A stretch of DNA of 63,933 nt, filler included, from Asterionella formosa (GCA_002256025.1; 3 parts of 3 records of this genome joined end to end with filler, not necessarily neighbours in it); one strand, 5' to 3'. Positions 35,802 to 49,319 are shown, counted from the whole stretch's first letter. Notes: a model not told the origin generated them from the sequence alone. Numbers and translations are program-made.

Positions 35802-36464
35802 TACCAGGTACCGGTGTATTCGGTGGTCCATTCATTTTTGATGTGTCTAAACTTTTTCCCATGAAAATTCTCCCCTGACGTTGCTCGATGGTCCCTGCTG
35901 CTCAAACCTAAATTGACTGCCGAAAAATCAACTGTGCCCCATATTGCCCCTAAATAAAAAAATTACTTAAAGGATACCATAACTTAGTTAGACAACCGCA
36001 GTTCTCATCGAAAAGCAAGACGATAGCTGATTTGGAGATTGCTTATGTAGTTCAACGGGCGACGTTTCTGTTTCCTCTTTGCACAAAAGTAATGATCGTA
36101 TCATTGAAAAAAAATATATAAAAAGAATAAAATAATTAGTACATACAAATACCATCACCAGGAATCGAAGCCGCTACGGTATAGTCGACCATTCATCATC
36201 ACAGGAGTCGTCTGTCCTGATATTGGAACGAGTCGAAAAAGTAAAAGCACATTTTTGAAACTAAATTAGTTGCATAGATTTCGTTCATTGACGCCAGCGC
36301 CAAGATCAAGCTGCTCGCCAGGTACAGGTCCAGGTGCAGGTACATATCGGCGGGGTGTCATCAGCCTGTTGGAAACTGAATGATATATAAATTCAATTCA
36401 TATAAGCGCTTGCTTGTTTCTTTCTTGTCAGATATAATCAGCCGTCCGGGAAGGAATATCGTAA

Positions 36465-39400
36465 ATGCCTCCATCATCGACGACAAAGAAAAGGCCTGAA
36501 CAGCAGCAGGACAAATGCAAAAAGGTACGTACGGTTGGAGCGTTTCCGTAAGGAAAAGTACAATCATCATCAGCTTGGAAGTCATTAAGTCATGATTGGA
36601 ATCATACATACATACACATGCATGCACTTTACACAGTGGCCACTAACACACCATGATCATCCCTGTTGTAACATACCTTCCTTGGCAAACAATTATTCTA
36701 TTGCATTAGTTCACCTTCAAGTGGTGTGCCGAAACTGGGGAAAAGATTTGGTACTCCACCGTTACATTGGCCGATATCCGAAAGGCTCAATCGACTGGCG
36801 AAACTCCCAATTCTAAGAAAAAACAGCTGGTGAGAATCCCTTCCAAACACGAGAGACAGATTCGGTATGATTTGGCGGCCGAAGCCATTGCCTCCCGAGA
36901 ATCCCAACTACTACCGACGTTTGGAGGTCGACCGTGGACCATATCGGTCAAGGTAACAGAACCCACTACTACTACTGCGCGACAAAAACCACCCTTGTTT
37001 CGATACTTTAGAGGATCGTTGGAACTGGCAGTGCTGCCTCACTTATTGGAAAGAATTCCACAAGATGGGATGGCAACCAAGGGAAAGGCGAAACATGACG
37101 AGGAAGGGATGGAACTTGCCGTCGTGTCGACTGCTTTGAGCGAGCGGACTGCGAGCCAAATTAGTGTCATGGCGTGGAATGATCCCGAGTATATGATACC
37201 CACTGTAACTACCAAGTGGCTGTCGCCAAATCACAAACTATTTACCAGTAGAAAGGCGGCGGAAGAAGAAGCAGCGAGGCTTCAAGCGGATCAATTGATA
37301 TTGGATAAGTTGTTATTTGGAGTTGGTGCACGTGGACAAAAGCTTCGACCAACCAAGACAACCAAAAACGACGCGTTAAGGGCGGGAAACTTGAGATTTC
37401 TACGGGATGGGATATGGGTCGTCGGTCAAGAAGATGCATGGCAAGCGGAACGAGCAGATCAAGTGGAATTGGAAGAACAGAAAAAGGCAGAAGCAGCCAG
37501 AAGGAAAGCTGAAGAGGAAGCAAAGCTTGAAGAAGAGAAGGCAGCCAAACCAAAACCAGCTCCCAAGAAACGCCATTTTTCTGCATTGTCATTTTTTATT
37601 TTTACGAAGCGCAATGCTCATAGACATCAGCGGCAGTTAGAACTTGACCTAAAACAACCGATTGAAAAGGTGAAATTTAGCTTGAAGGACGCCGAAACAG
37701 AATTAAAAGAGGCATTTGCATTACTCAAACCACGACAGAGAAATCAATGGAAAGAAAAGGCACGCGAGGCGAATTTGGCAAATACCGACATCATCTTGAG
37801 CGGCCTTGATTATTTTGTATTAATGAGGCGAGACGAATTGGAATGCCGACTGAAGCTTGCATTTAAAGCTGCTCATGTCGATGAAGGAAAATTGGACGAA
37901 GCATCTTATGGGCAATTGTCGAGTTTCGTCTCTAAAGATGGAGAAGAAAAGAAGGAAGACACAACTGCAACAATGGTCAATAGAAAATCGAACGTCGATG
38001 ATGAAGGAGTAGGGGCCGAACAACCAGTTTTCAATTCGTGCACAGTCCTGCGGAAATTACGACAGCAATGGGATGATCTTTCAGACGACTGTCGAGCGGA
38101 ATGGACGAGAAGAGCAAGAGAGTATAGTAATGCTGAAGCATCCAAAAGAAAGGAAAACGAAAAAATACCACCGGGGTTGAAGGGTACGACGGATTGTCTA
38201 ACGGCAGAAATGAGCAAAGCGATTGATTCTGTGATAGCGTTGATCGTGTCAAAGGTAGAAGACGAGGTTTCAATATCTTATGGCGTTGGTTCGCTGGTAC
38301 CAATCATGACTGCGTCGCCAGCTCGAATTGCTAGTTCACAGAACCAAGAACCTGCCATCGTTACATCAAACTCTCCGGCTGAGTCAGTGACTTCCCTGTC
38401 CCATCTCCCTACAAAACGTCGACGCCCATTTTCCAAATGTCCTCCTCGCCGATTTGGAGTATCTGATCACTGGAGGCTAAGCCAAAAACACATCGAACTT
38501 TGCTACGATGCTGCCATGGAGCACTATGAAAAAGTCATGTACACAGTCAAGGCTCGGGCCCTCTTTGCTGAACTAGCGGATGGATTTGATGTGCTTCGAG
38601 AACGAGGTCGAGGACGATACGATATGGAGCTGCCAGCCTTTGAAAGTCCTGCCTTTTCATTTTTGACTAGTTTGGAGAAAGCCGCTTGGATGCCAGTCGT
38701 TCGAGCAATTCTTGGCGAGGAGGTTACACTCATCCATAAGGGGGTATTCTTGTCCATGCCAGGAGCAGAGCACCAAGTATATCATCAAGATGGGCCTCAT
38801 TTGAATTCCAAATTTCAGCGTCCCTGTCATGCAGTCAATGTATTTATTCCTCTCGTCGACCTCAATCCTCGCAATGGACCGACCGAGTTTTGCCTCGGAT
38901 CACATATCCTTGGCTTTGAAGACTATGATAAGGCCAACGTCTATTTGCCGCTTGTTCAAGCTGGTACACCCATCGTCTTTGATTATCGCCTGGGCCATCG
39001 TGGGATGGCCAACACAGGACCAGCATGCAGACCCGTTGTATATTGCACGTATGCGGCTTCCAAGGACGGCAAGGAATTCCGGGATTCCGTGAATTTTTCC
39101 ACCAAGCGCTACCACAAGATTGGAAACTTAATCGAAAAGCCAATATCAAGGGAAGAACGAGCGAAAAAGCGAAAGTTGGCTCTAGAGGAAAAAGAGTGTA
39201 TCAAATTGATTCAAACGGCAGAGCTGTTTCATGATGAAATCAAAGTATCAGGGGAATCCAATGAAGGAGCTGTTGAGTTTTTGACCAGGTTTGAGTACCA
39301 TCAATTTGTTCCGCCAAAGGCAGAAACTTTTGATACTGAAATCATTGAATCAGAGGCAGTTAAAGAAATAGCTGTCGCGACGTTGACCGCTCCTGAGGCA

Positions 39401-39469
39401 GCGTTGTGCGATGGTGAAATCAATGAATCTGAGGAATCCAAAGAAGGGCCTGTTGAGATGGTGGAATGA
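36465..39469 (+). CDS. HMG-box-like plus PhyH-type 2OG-Fe(II) dioxygenase fusion protein (~939 aa); exons 36465-36524 and 36710-39469
   Basis: A phase-0 GTACGT...TTAG intron joins MPPSSTTKKRPEQQQDKCKK in frame. Dioxygenase motifs: QVYHQDG, VNVFIPLVD, NGPTEFCLGSH, FDYRLGHRGMAN, RPVVY. HMG-like segments: PKKRHFSALSFF and LRQQWDDLSDDCRAEWTRRA. Confidence 0.8.
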
Positions 39470-39869
39470 GCGCTGAGACATTTAATTCATCCTCCTTTGT
39501 GCTACTCCAATTAGTGGTGAAGTCGGCCCTATGCGCAGTTATGGTCCATTGCACCCTGGTACGAGCTTTCCCTTTTTTTCTTAAAAAATAAGAGTAAGGT
39601 GGCAGTTGCTCGTTTCATGGTAGATAGACATTGAGTTTTGTGTTGCTGCGGTCTACAGAACTGTCAGCTCACTAAAATACTACGTTGTGAATATCGCACA
39701 GTCTATCATCATGGTTTCTCATAACGATGGCAGAATATAAAATCATGATGCAAACTCGCAAGCAACTCCTGACCATGAGCACAAGCATGGATGTCGATTT
39801 CAATTCTGAAGTATGATGGCTATTATATTTGTTGTTTTTGCGCGTGCTGCGGATTCTCAAGAACTCAAA

Positions 39870-40529
39870 TCAAACATCATGGCTTGACCCTTCTGATGAT
39901 ATTGATCCAGTCTCGTCAGATGCAACAGGCAAATTACGCCGCTGAAACACAATGGCTTGGCCCTTCCATCGATGTGGTGGCAATTGGAATGGCCTTCTTG
40001 CCTTGAAATGTAACGAAATCTTTATTCCCAAATAACAAAACCTTTCCTGGTAGCATGCAATCACTTCGTGGTATGGTATTTCAAATCTGGATGATTTTCC
40101 GTGGCTCGACTTTATGCAACACAGTAAACCTATGAGAAGTGGTATGATACCTGCTGTTGTCATAAACATAATGCCATCCAATCCACAAGCCAATGCAGCA
40201 AGGAACGGATACTTTGTAGCTGCACTGTCCACAACTTCTAGGGCCGAGTGCAGTTGTGACAAGGCTGTATGCAGTCTTGGTGCTCTGCTTTCATCGATTC
40301 CAATGTATCGACACAGCAGTGTCGCACTGTGGTGATCCTTGGGGAATCCAGCCAAGCCCATGTTCAGTCCAGGTGGATCAAAGCACAGAGAAAAGCAAGG
40401 ATACACGGATTCATCCACATCGACCTCCCTTTCAAACCACCAAATGTAGCGCTGCTCTTCCGACGTTGGCGGGTTTTCAAGGTCGTCTGGAGGTCGCATT
40501 AAGAACCTGTTTGGATTATAACGACTCAT
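39870..40529 (-). CDS. Hypothetical membrane-associated protein (~219 aa), weak ERF4/Golgin A7-like resemblance
   Basis: ATG at 40529; hydrophobic hairpin followed by CC, then ..YQERFCYLGIKISLHF. Family call is tentative. Confidence 0.5.
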   Translation of the reverse strand: MSRYNPNRFLMRPPDDLENPPTSEEQRYIWWFEREVDVDESVYPCFSLCFDPPGLNMGLAGFPKDHHSATLLCRYIGIDESRAPRLHTALSQLHSALEVVDSAATKYPFLAALACGLDGIMFMTTAGIIPLLIGLLCCIKSSHGKSSRFEIPYHEVIACYQERFCYLGIKISLHFKARRPFQLPPHRWKGQAIVFQRRNLPVASDETGSISSEGSSHDV

Positions 40530-41480
40530 ACTGGCTGCGTATAGTAATGACAGGAGGAGTCGCCAAACACACAACCGCTTGATCGTTAACTTGCTTCACT
40601 CGTTAATCAGTTGCAGCAGACATTCGATGCAATTCCAGGAAGTTTCATTGCACTTCCGACGAAGCTCTGTCTACCATTGACGCTCCTCTGTTCCCTTTTC
40701 GAAAATGAGACAAGGAAAATGTGGTACCAACAGAATTCTCTCTGATGTGGTTGAGGTTTGCTTTATGTACCATAGGGATTCGTGACGACACTGGTATACC
40801 GTATATGCCTGTGAATAATTAACTTCCAGGTCCTATGGGTACTGACCTGTGGAAGGTCCGTATGCGAATCGAGTATTTTAGCTTAATCTTTTCTTAAGTT
40901 CAAAACGTTTTTTCCGGATCTTCCTCTGCACTACATACCGGTAGGTACCTGTACGCTGGTACCCTGGTACCACCCACTTGTGATACAAAGACTGTAATAC
41001 GACGAGGTACGAGACACTACTTATGCCTACCGGTAGTACCGGTATGTATAAATGAAGTTAATGGAGGAAAAGGTACCAGGTACCAGGTACCAAGTAAAAC
41101 GCTGATTGCTATTATTCCTGTATATAAAATGACAGAAAGATGAAGCCAACTACGGTACCGGTACTTGCTTGTTATCATTACTTCACAGCATACATGTATG
41201 TACAGTGCCTTGATAACGGTTATCATCTATTACATGTACGGATATTTATCAACACCCAAATGAATAATACGCACACAATATCCGGTATACATATATGTAG
41301 CACGGGACAAAAAGTCATCAAATTGTTCATTTCCTGGTTTTTTTTATTACAGTAAAAAGGTAAAAGGAAACACAAAGCAATATTTTTACCGTCAAAAACA
41401 AAAGGATCTATATCGCATTGTCTCTCACAGCATCACACATTGATGCATCGAAATGAGGAATTCAAGGGCAAAGCGGCATT

Positions 41481-42332
41481 GTGCGCAAGATATGTCTGGT
41501 GGTGACCATACTTTCCATTACAGGTATCCTCATGTCCCGAACGCCTAGCAAAAGACTGGATGACCGCGTCGTCATTGCTACCTCGACTTCCTTAGATATC
41601 ACGGTACGCTTGCCTAGGAATGAGAAAGGTCTATGTCCGGACAAAGTGAGAGCTGGAGATGCGAATGATGGTGGATGGTGGATTTGTCATGGAAACAAGC
41701 GACCCAATTGTGTTGTATATTCCTTTGGCATTCGGGACAATTTCTCATTTGATCATGCCATGGTTACGCAGCATGGATGCATCGTTCACGGGTTCGATCC
41801 TTCTCCCGATGGACTGGCATCCAAACCGGCGTATGAAACCCAAGGAACGGCGGCAGTGTATCACTCAATGGGACTTGGGACAACAGATGGCACATTTGGT
41901 CCTGGTCTTGTGCCCTTTCGATGGCCTGGAATTGGGTATCTGAGAGATTCAAATACAAAATCATGGGTGCTGAAACGAATACCCACGATTATGAAGGAGC
42001 TAGGGAATAAAAAACTTTCTATTCTCAAGGTAGATGCAGAGGGTGCTGAATGGGACATGATTCCGGATTTGCTGGGCGCCGACTGGGATGAAGCTTGTAT
42101 GGAGTTACATTTTCCTCCCAATGAATATTCCTTGAAAAAAGCTCCCAGCAATGATGATATGATTATTATACAGAGAATTAGCGATCCCAGCCCTCTTGAA
42201 TACCCAGAACAAAATGTTGCCCCAATAAATCACATTGCGATTCTGAAAGGTCTTTTGGCAAAGGCTGATGTCTTTCATTGGGACAGGAATGGTGCACATT
42301 GCTTAGAGGTTTACTTTCTAAGAAAACAATAA
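41481..42332 (+). CDS. Methyltransferase-like protein (Methyltransf_22/METTL24/FkbM-like), type II membrane-anchored
   Basis: DGGWWIC, CVVYSFGI.DNFSFD, CIVHGFDPS and ILKVDAEGAEW motifs. True start unresolved. Confidence 0.8.
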   Translation: MRKICLVVTILSITGILMSRTPSKRLDDRVVIATSTSLDITVRLPRNEKGLCPDKVRAGDANDGGWWICHGNKRPNCVVYSFGIRDNFSFDHAMVTQHGCIVHGFDPSPDGLASKPAYETQGTAAVYHSMGLGTTDGTFGPGLVPFRWPGIGYLRDSNTKSWVLKRIPTIMKELGNKKLSILKVDAEGAEWDMIPDLLGADWDEACMELHFPPNEYSLKKAPSNDDMIIIQRISDPSPLEYPEQNVAPINHIAILKGLLAKADVFHWDRNGAHCLEVYFLRKQ

Positions 42333-44408
42333 TTGAACTCGATATATTATAACCTCAAGGTTGAATATGAAGGCAATCTTAGAATGTCTACCATAGCACC
42401 CCCAGTGTACTTGTAGTGTATGGAAATATCATGGTTTGTCCTACAGTCCTCCACCCTTTTCACCAGAATAGAAATGACTGCCAAGCTATCTGCATCGCCA
42501 CTGAAGAACAGATCAGTCAAGTACACTAGTAGAGAAAAGACAAAGTTGGTGAAAACGTTTTGAAAATGGGCAGCAAAATGAAAAGTAAATTGAAGCAATA
42601 GCGAAAAATGGACAACAAAAGCAACAAGTCGTACTAGAGAGCAAATTAAACTACAAACGGGTTGGTTTTGATCTTTGAATTTGACTCTGCTGGCAAACAG
42701 TGGAAAACTATTTGGACATCATTTACAATGAATTGTAGACTCAGGCGAAGACACGAATGACAGTGCTGGCAAAGACGAAGTCTTCTCTCGATTCAGGCAG
42801 GGCTGCTGCATGGGTTGGACACGACATGATGATGCCAAGAAGGCAACATTGACAACCAGAATGATCCACTGAATGAAAGATGACGAGAACAAGCAAAATG
42901 AAATCGAATGTACAGACAAATGAGACATGAAAGAAGGCACAAAAGAAATCAAAGAAAAGGAAAAACGGTAATCCACGTTTAATTTACAAACGAAGACAAC
43001 CATAATATCCATCACGATCAGTTTTTAGTAGTTGCAGGGGAAAGAGAGATGAATTTCCGAAGCTTCCAGATAGGTGAAGACGACAACAAAATATTTTTCA
43101 GTGACAAAAAAGATCAAGATCAATGAAACTACGAGGAGCTTCTAACAAATCAGATGATAACTGTTAATGATTGATCCACCTCCTCATAGCTATGGATTGA
43201 AATTAAGAATAAAATGCCAACAATCCAGTCAGTGTTCGCTCAAGAACCCTAATCCGAGAATACAGGACTATGCATCGCTCCCTTTTTGGTTCATGTATAA
43301 ATCATGACATAGACTAAACAATCATAAAATATCATTGTAATAACACTTAAATTGACAACAAAAAGTGGAGTTGCCAATGGTGCATTTTTCATGTAATTTA
43401 TAGAAGCACAATTCAAAATGACAATGTTATACACAGATTCAACACTTTTGCAGTCGCTGCCAAATGAATACAATGACAAATAATAGAATAACATGATCAA
43501 TTGAAGCAAAAGATGTGATAAGAGTTATTTATCAATTGAGAATTTATTCATAATAGTATTGGCAATTTGTGTAGTCATGGAAGCAGGCATTGGCGCCATT
43601 GAGGAACAAGGATATGCAGAAGCGTTGCAGATTGGTTCAATATGAAGTCCAACCAGAAGGAACTCAGGAGTAGAAAGGTGAAGGATATGATGGTGGTAAC
43701 AAATAATATTGGAAAGAGGGAATGATGGAAGTGCGATGATGAGATTTCAAACTAGATTACTGGGATGTACTCCCTCTGTTCATGTATGTAGTTGCAGCAA
43801 TTCTTTTAATCAGCCTGCTCGATTCACGTCCTTCAAAGACGCCCTCTGTAGAAGCAATATGCATTTCTCCTCGAGACGATGCAGGCGATAAGTGCTTCGG
43901 TTAGATGAGTATTTTTAGACGAGTATAACTCCGAACCTGCTACCTGGTACTCGGAGTACCAGGTACCGGTACAGAAGATTTCAAATACTGAATTGATGAC
44001 GTTCTCCATGTCTGATGAAGGGCCTGTCCTGCATCACGTTGTCCGTTTTAGCAAAATGACAGCACCGTCGTGTTGCAGGGACCTGGTACCAGGTACCAAT
44101 TCTACTACCGGTACCGGTAGTCGCCTTACCATCACCACCAAATTCACCCCGGATGTTTTCTATTATGGTACCAGTACCTGGTACTGGTGTGTGAGGTTGG
44201 ATATCTGACCGTCATCCTCAGAGCATGGTGTAACATTATCATTGCGTTTCTTATTTTCATGACGGATGATATTATACCCGGCAGTACAGTAGTTTTCCGG
44301 CATTCACACTTTCATTACGTCAACAAATATAATCACTTTTGCATTGATTACCGGTCCTCAGACCCATTGTCATCATTACAGTCCTTGCTCCTTATCGATC
44401 ACCTCATC

Positions 44409-45808
44409 ATGCCTCCCAAGAAAGCATCCGATGCTCCTCCACTTCCTCGCTTTGGTCGCGTCGGGAACAACTTGAAAATGGGAATTGTCGGATTGCCCAA
44501 CATTGGCAAGGTGAGTTTCGAGTGTTGATTGTTGAGTGTGAGCTGTGCTGTGCTGTGCTGTCGTGCGGTGATCCCGCAGTTACCTAGTGTCAGGTCCTGG
44601 TAGTCGTTATGTGACTTGCACACCATCACTGGCTTACCGCTACCGGTAGGTTTTCTCATTCTCCTGCCATACATCCACCATATCATTAGTCTTCCATGTT
44701 TAATCTACTGAGCGAATCACTCCAAGCCGACGCGGAAAACTACCCTTTTTGCACCATTGACCCTAATTCTACCAGATGCGCCGTACCCGACGACCGATAT
44801 GAAAAGCTCTGCGAAATTTGGGACCCACCCAGCAAGTATCCGGCCTATTTGCACCTTGTCGATATCGCAGGTCTCATCAAGGGAGCATCCGAGGGGGCTG
44901 GACTTGGCAACGCGTTTTTGAGTCATATTCAGGCTGTGGATGGCATCTTCCACTTGGTCAGAGCCTTTGACAACATTGAAGTGACACACGTGGATGATAC
45001 CATTGATCCTGTTCGAGATCTAGAAACCATTACCTCGGAACTCTGTAAAAAAGATCTGGCCTACGTTATACAGCAACGGGCGGAGCGGGAAAAGGATGTC
45101 AAGAAGAACCCTACTATGAAGTTGCCACCATTGTTCTTTGCTGTCATGGACAAGGTACAAGATATGCTAGAAAAAAATCAACCTCTTCGCAAGGGGTGTG
45201 AGTGGACTGCCCCGGAGGTGGAAAAAATAAATGAACTGATTCCTGGATGTATCACTCTCAAACCCATGGTCTATCTCGTTAATGTTACCAAGTCGTCCTT
45301 TGTTCTGGGCGGAAACCGATACCTTCCCAAGATTAAGAAATGGGTGGACTCGCATGGCGGAGGACTGGTGCTACCATTTAGTGTTGACTTTGAGCAAGAG
45401 TTGAAGGCACTTCAAAAGGCAGGCAATGTCGATGGCGAGAAGGCATTGTTGGAGACACTCAAAGGACGAGGAAGTGTCTTGCCTCGGATCGTCAAATGTG
45501 GATACAAACAGTTGCAATTGATGTATTACTTTACAGCTGGTGAAAAGGAGGTTCGATGCTGGACTGTGGCACAAGGATCCACCGCTCCTCAAGCGGCGGG
45601 GGTTATTCATACTGATTTTGAAAAAGGATTTATTAAATTGGAGTGTTGCTCCTATGATGATTTCATGGAAACCAACAAGGGAGAAAAGTCCATGGCAAAT
45701 GTAAAGGCAGCTGGGAAGTACCGGATGGAAGGAAAGAATTACATTGTGCAAGATGGAGACATTTGTCATTTCCTCTTCAACAAACCAAATCCTGGAAAGA
45801 AAAAGTAA
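44409..45808 (+). CDS. OLA1: Obg-like ATPase 1 (YchF family), 406 aa; exons 44409-44510 and 44690-45808
   Basis: P-loop [12 protein letters not shown] spans the intron; [34 protein letters not shown] and [11 protein letters not shown] motifs. Confidence 0.96.
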
Positions 45809-45979
45809 GGCGGGTGGGACTCAACGATAAGAATGACACTTCACAAACCTTTTGCAAGAATTTCAAAATATTTATTGGTGAAATTTAAATAGCAACCCTG
45901 ATGCTGATGTTGACTTAAATCTACAGACAAACGCGACATTTCATAATGCCGTTTATGACTTCAGACCATGTACTACAAG

Positions 45980-48512
45980 TTAGCTAATAGATACATTCGA
46001 ACTATGGCGGTATTTTTCCCGAAAGGATTGTGTACAATCGGATTTTTGTTTGAGGGGCGTTGTGTGCGGCTGTAGCTGTTTATTTGATTGAGCCACACGC
46101 GGAGGTAGACTTGCTGGAGCCATGGGCTTGTTGGCTTGCATTGTGCCGACTTGAATCAACTTGTCAACGTCCTTGAGATTGTATTGGACCCTGGTTGGAG
46201 GTGACACAAAATTCGTGATTGGATGTGATATCAGGGAAAATGCATCGTCGGGAGGAGGCAGACCTAAACCTGAAGGTGAACGAATGAATTGCGTAGTTCC
46301 AGCTTCTTTCCTAATGTCACTGTGCTGTTCTGTAATAAATGACCTGCTCACAGTCCCATTATTTTCGTCCAAGTTACCTCGCTTAATATTCTTTGCACAT
46401 TTGTCAGATGTGGCAGAGTTTCGGCTTTGCTTACTTGACAAAACTTTTGGGGAACTTTCTCTGTGCTTCCTCTGTGTCATTTCTGCAAAATCGGTTGTGA
46501 CTCCGGAACCTTTTGGTTCTTCAAAATTTCCAGAATTGGCTCGCTGATCAACACCAGGAAATGCAGTTATCACTGAGAATCGGCGATCACTATGAATTGC
46601 AAGCTGTGAACTTTTGCCCACAGCGTTTTGAGTCTGTCTAGCATCACCGTTGATTGGAGGTAGGGAATTAGACCGAGCAAATCGTTGGTGTTGACTGTCG
46701 TGGCTTGTTTGAGGAGCGGATGCTGCTTCCGATTTTATAGTAGGTGAAATGTCGGCAAAGGCATCGGCTGAGATAAGTGATGAATCCAAGGAACCTTTCA
46801 AGTTAATACTCGATGTTGAGGTGTTGTTATCTTGCACCTTGAATGATCCTTTGTTACTAGGGAATGATGATCTGGTTCCGACAAGAATCGGCCTTTTTTC
46901 GGGAAGTTGACCATAAGGGCGAGCATAATTGTTCGTATGTGCTTCTAATACATCTCCTTCGAGATCGCTTTTTGAAGCAAGGCGCAAACGAGATAACGAG
47001 GCATTCTGTGCCTCATCTCCCTGTGCTCCCCTCATGCTCGGGCTCGGAGGAAATTTTTGTGGACGCGGAGGTAACAAATATTCACCATTCACACGCTGCT
47101 CCTGTTTGATCACTGCTCTTCCTTTTGTGTCATTTTGTTCAAATGATTCACTACCTCTCAAGTGAGGTTGTTTGGAATTCGTCTGTTGAAGTTGCTTGAT
47201 TGACCTCGTTAATGATCGCTTGCCATAAGGGCGAGCATAATTGTTCGTATGTGTTTCTAATACATCTCCTTCGAGATAACTTTTCGAAGCAAGGCGCAAA
47301 CGAGATAACGAGGCATTCTGTGCCTCATCTCCCCTTGCTCCCCTCATGCTCGGGCTCGGGCTCGGGCTTGGAGGAAATTTTTGTGGACGCGGAGGTAACA
47401 AATATTCACCATTCACACGCTGCTCCTGTTTGGTCACTGCTCTTCCTTTTGTGTCATTTTGTTCAAATGATTCACTACCTCTCAAGTGAGGTTGTTTGGA
47501 ATTCGTCTGTTGAAGTTGGTTGATCGATCTCAATGATCGATTGGAATTACCTTTACGAGCATTGTCCATAGTTGACCAATTACAATTATTCATTCGCCTC
47601 ATGGAACGACTGGAAAACTCGGAATCATGACCCAAGTAGGGATGGAAACAGGAGTCTATATTGGAAAATTTACCTTTGGCTTTGCCCAACGCTTTCGTAT
47701 AGAACTCCATCGGCGACATTACTTGCACAATTTTGATTTGACTGGACTTTACAGGCTTGTAAATCTCATCCAAATCATCATATCCAAGATAGTTGTTCGA
47801 TTTTCTGATGGGCTTGCGAAGGACGGTCGATTGGTGCTCATTCAGGACGCGAGTGACTGACGCTCGTAGTTTTTCCTTGAATGTCTGAACTGCTTTCTGA
47901 GCATAGAGATGATCGTTCCACGCTTGTTTCGAACTGATATTATTTGCATTACCGGGAACGGCAGATACTAAGGTGCAGTATCTTTGAAATTGATAGTTGC
48001 CTCCTTCCAACAGCGATAGGATTTCGGGAAAGGACCAGTTATCCATCGCTAGTGCCTTAATGTTGGAAAGCTTGAACGTCTTGTGGCGTTAGTAGAACAA
48101 GCAATCGAACCAGAAAGGGCAGCCATTGCATCCCTTTTTATCCACGTACCTTACCTCCGTCGCGTTCCATATGAGACAATGCACATAATTGACACAGTAA
48201 AGTTCCAAAGGCTACAGCTGCAAAGAGTGGTTCGACTTGAATTTGATCGCCGCTCGGAACTGTGACAATGTCGGAATCTCCGCAATCGACACAGCACTGG
48301 TTTCCCTTCATTAATCGAACAACTTGCAGAGTCTCCAGCGGATATCCATGTACGACGGGAGTTCTTCTTTGATGGGCGCTGATGATATAGTCGGAGTGAA
48401 GTTGAATGACTTCCTTTTTCGATGCCGTTATGCAACCAGGACGAAAGTCATCGATTTGGAAAAAATCGTATTGTTCGTAGTAGTCATGACTTGCTGCTGC
48501 GTTTGGGTTCAT
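45980..48512 (-). CDS. ArfGAP-like zinc-finger protein with a long disordered tail (~820 aa); exons 48512-48150 and 48079-45980
   Basis: GNQCCVDCG...FGTLLCQLC, then a 70-nt GTACGT...CTAAC...AAG intron, then IKALAMDNWS.PEILSLLEGGN. Confidence 0.75.
46911..47540. repeat. In-frame intragenic tandem duplication (~312 bp, ~104 aa)
   Basis: CCATAAGGGCGAGCATAATTG at 46911 and 47223; near-identical peptide units. Confidence 0.95.
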
Positions 48513-49319
48513 GGTACATACCGGGATGTGATATTTTGATGAGATCAACCCTTCTTGTCGGACGCAATCCAGAAGGAGATTCAAAAGTAGAATGGTGCTG
48601 ATGGTGATTTCACTTTATTGGTCCACTGTGGTGACATATGATGCGGCCAAAAGGAAATGCTCACCATCAAGTCGAAAAAATGCCTCTTCTTTATTTTGGC
48701 TATTTGTGTGTACCGGCAGTTCAAATACACTTGGTTTTCATGATCAGGTGTACATGAAAATATAATTATTACCGGAAATGTCATCGGTACTTCAAGTGAA
48801 CCACGTAAACTATTACGAGCAATGACCAAATCCTTCGAAGTAATGTGCCCGTCTGTCGGCCAAGTCACTTAGGTCACAGCGATTTCCATCTTGTATAGAA
48901 TACGGTTCACTATCACATTTTATATTTCTAATATTCATGTACGAATTATTCTATGATGAAAGTTTGGTCATATTGGTTTGATAAAACCCCGTTGGTCCAG
49001 AAACTTAGAATATGCTACGTAAGTGCCCGTTTCAACCGTGTCACCATCCGGGGTACCTTGGTACCAGGTACCAGGTACCGGTACTCCGAGAACAGGGTAC
49101 CTGGTACCTGGTCACTTACAAGGTAGGTGGTACCTATTTATCATGAATAAAGCAGCCCGCATCTACAATAGCCACCTCGTCTTTGCTAATCCTCGTCACC
49201 AAGCATACTTCATCCTACCAGTACTTTAGTTGCAGGGACGTGGAATACTGCAAAATTGCGGTAATTTTTCTTTTTTCGTGTCATTCCCCAACCTGACAGA
49301 TGCGTCACGACTCGGCAGC

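Noticed and set aside
42347..43900. Purine-rich stretch resembling a decayed coding sequence
   Set aside because: Multiple stops in all frames and no identifiable domain.
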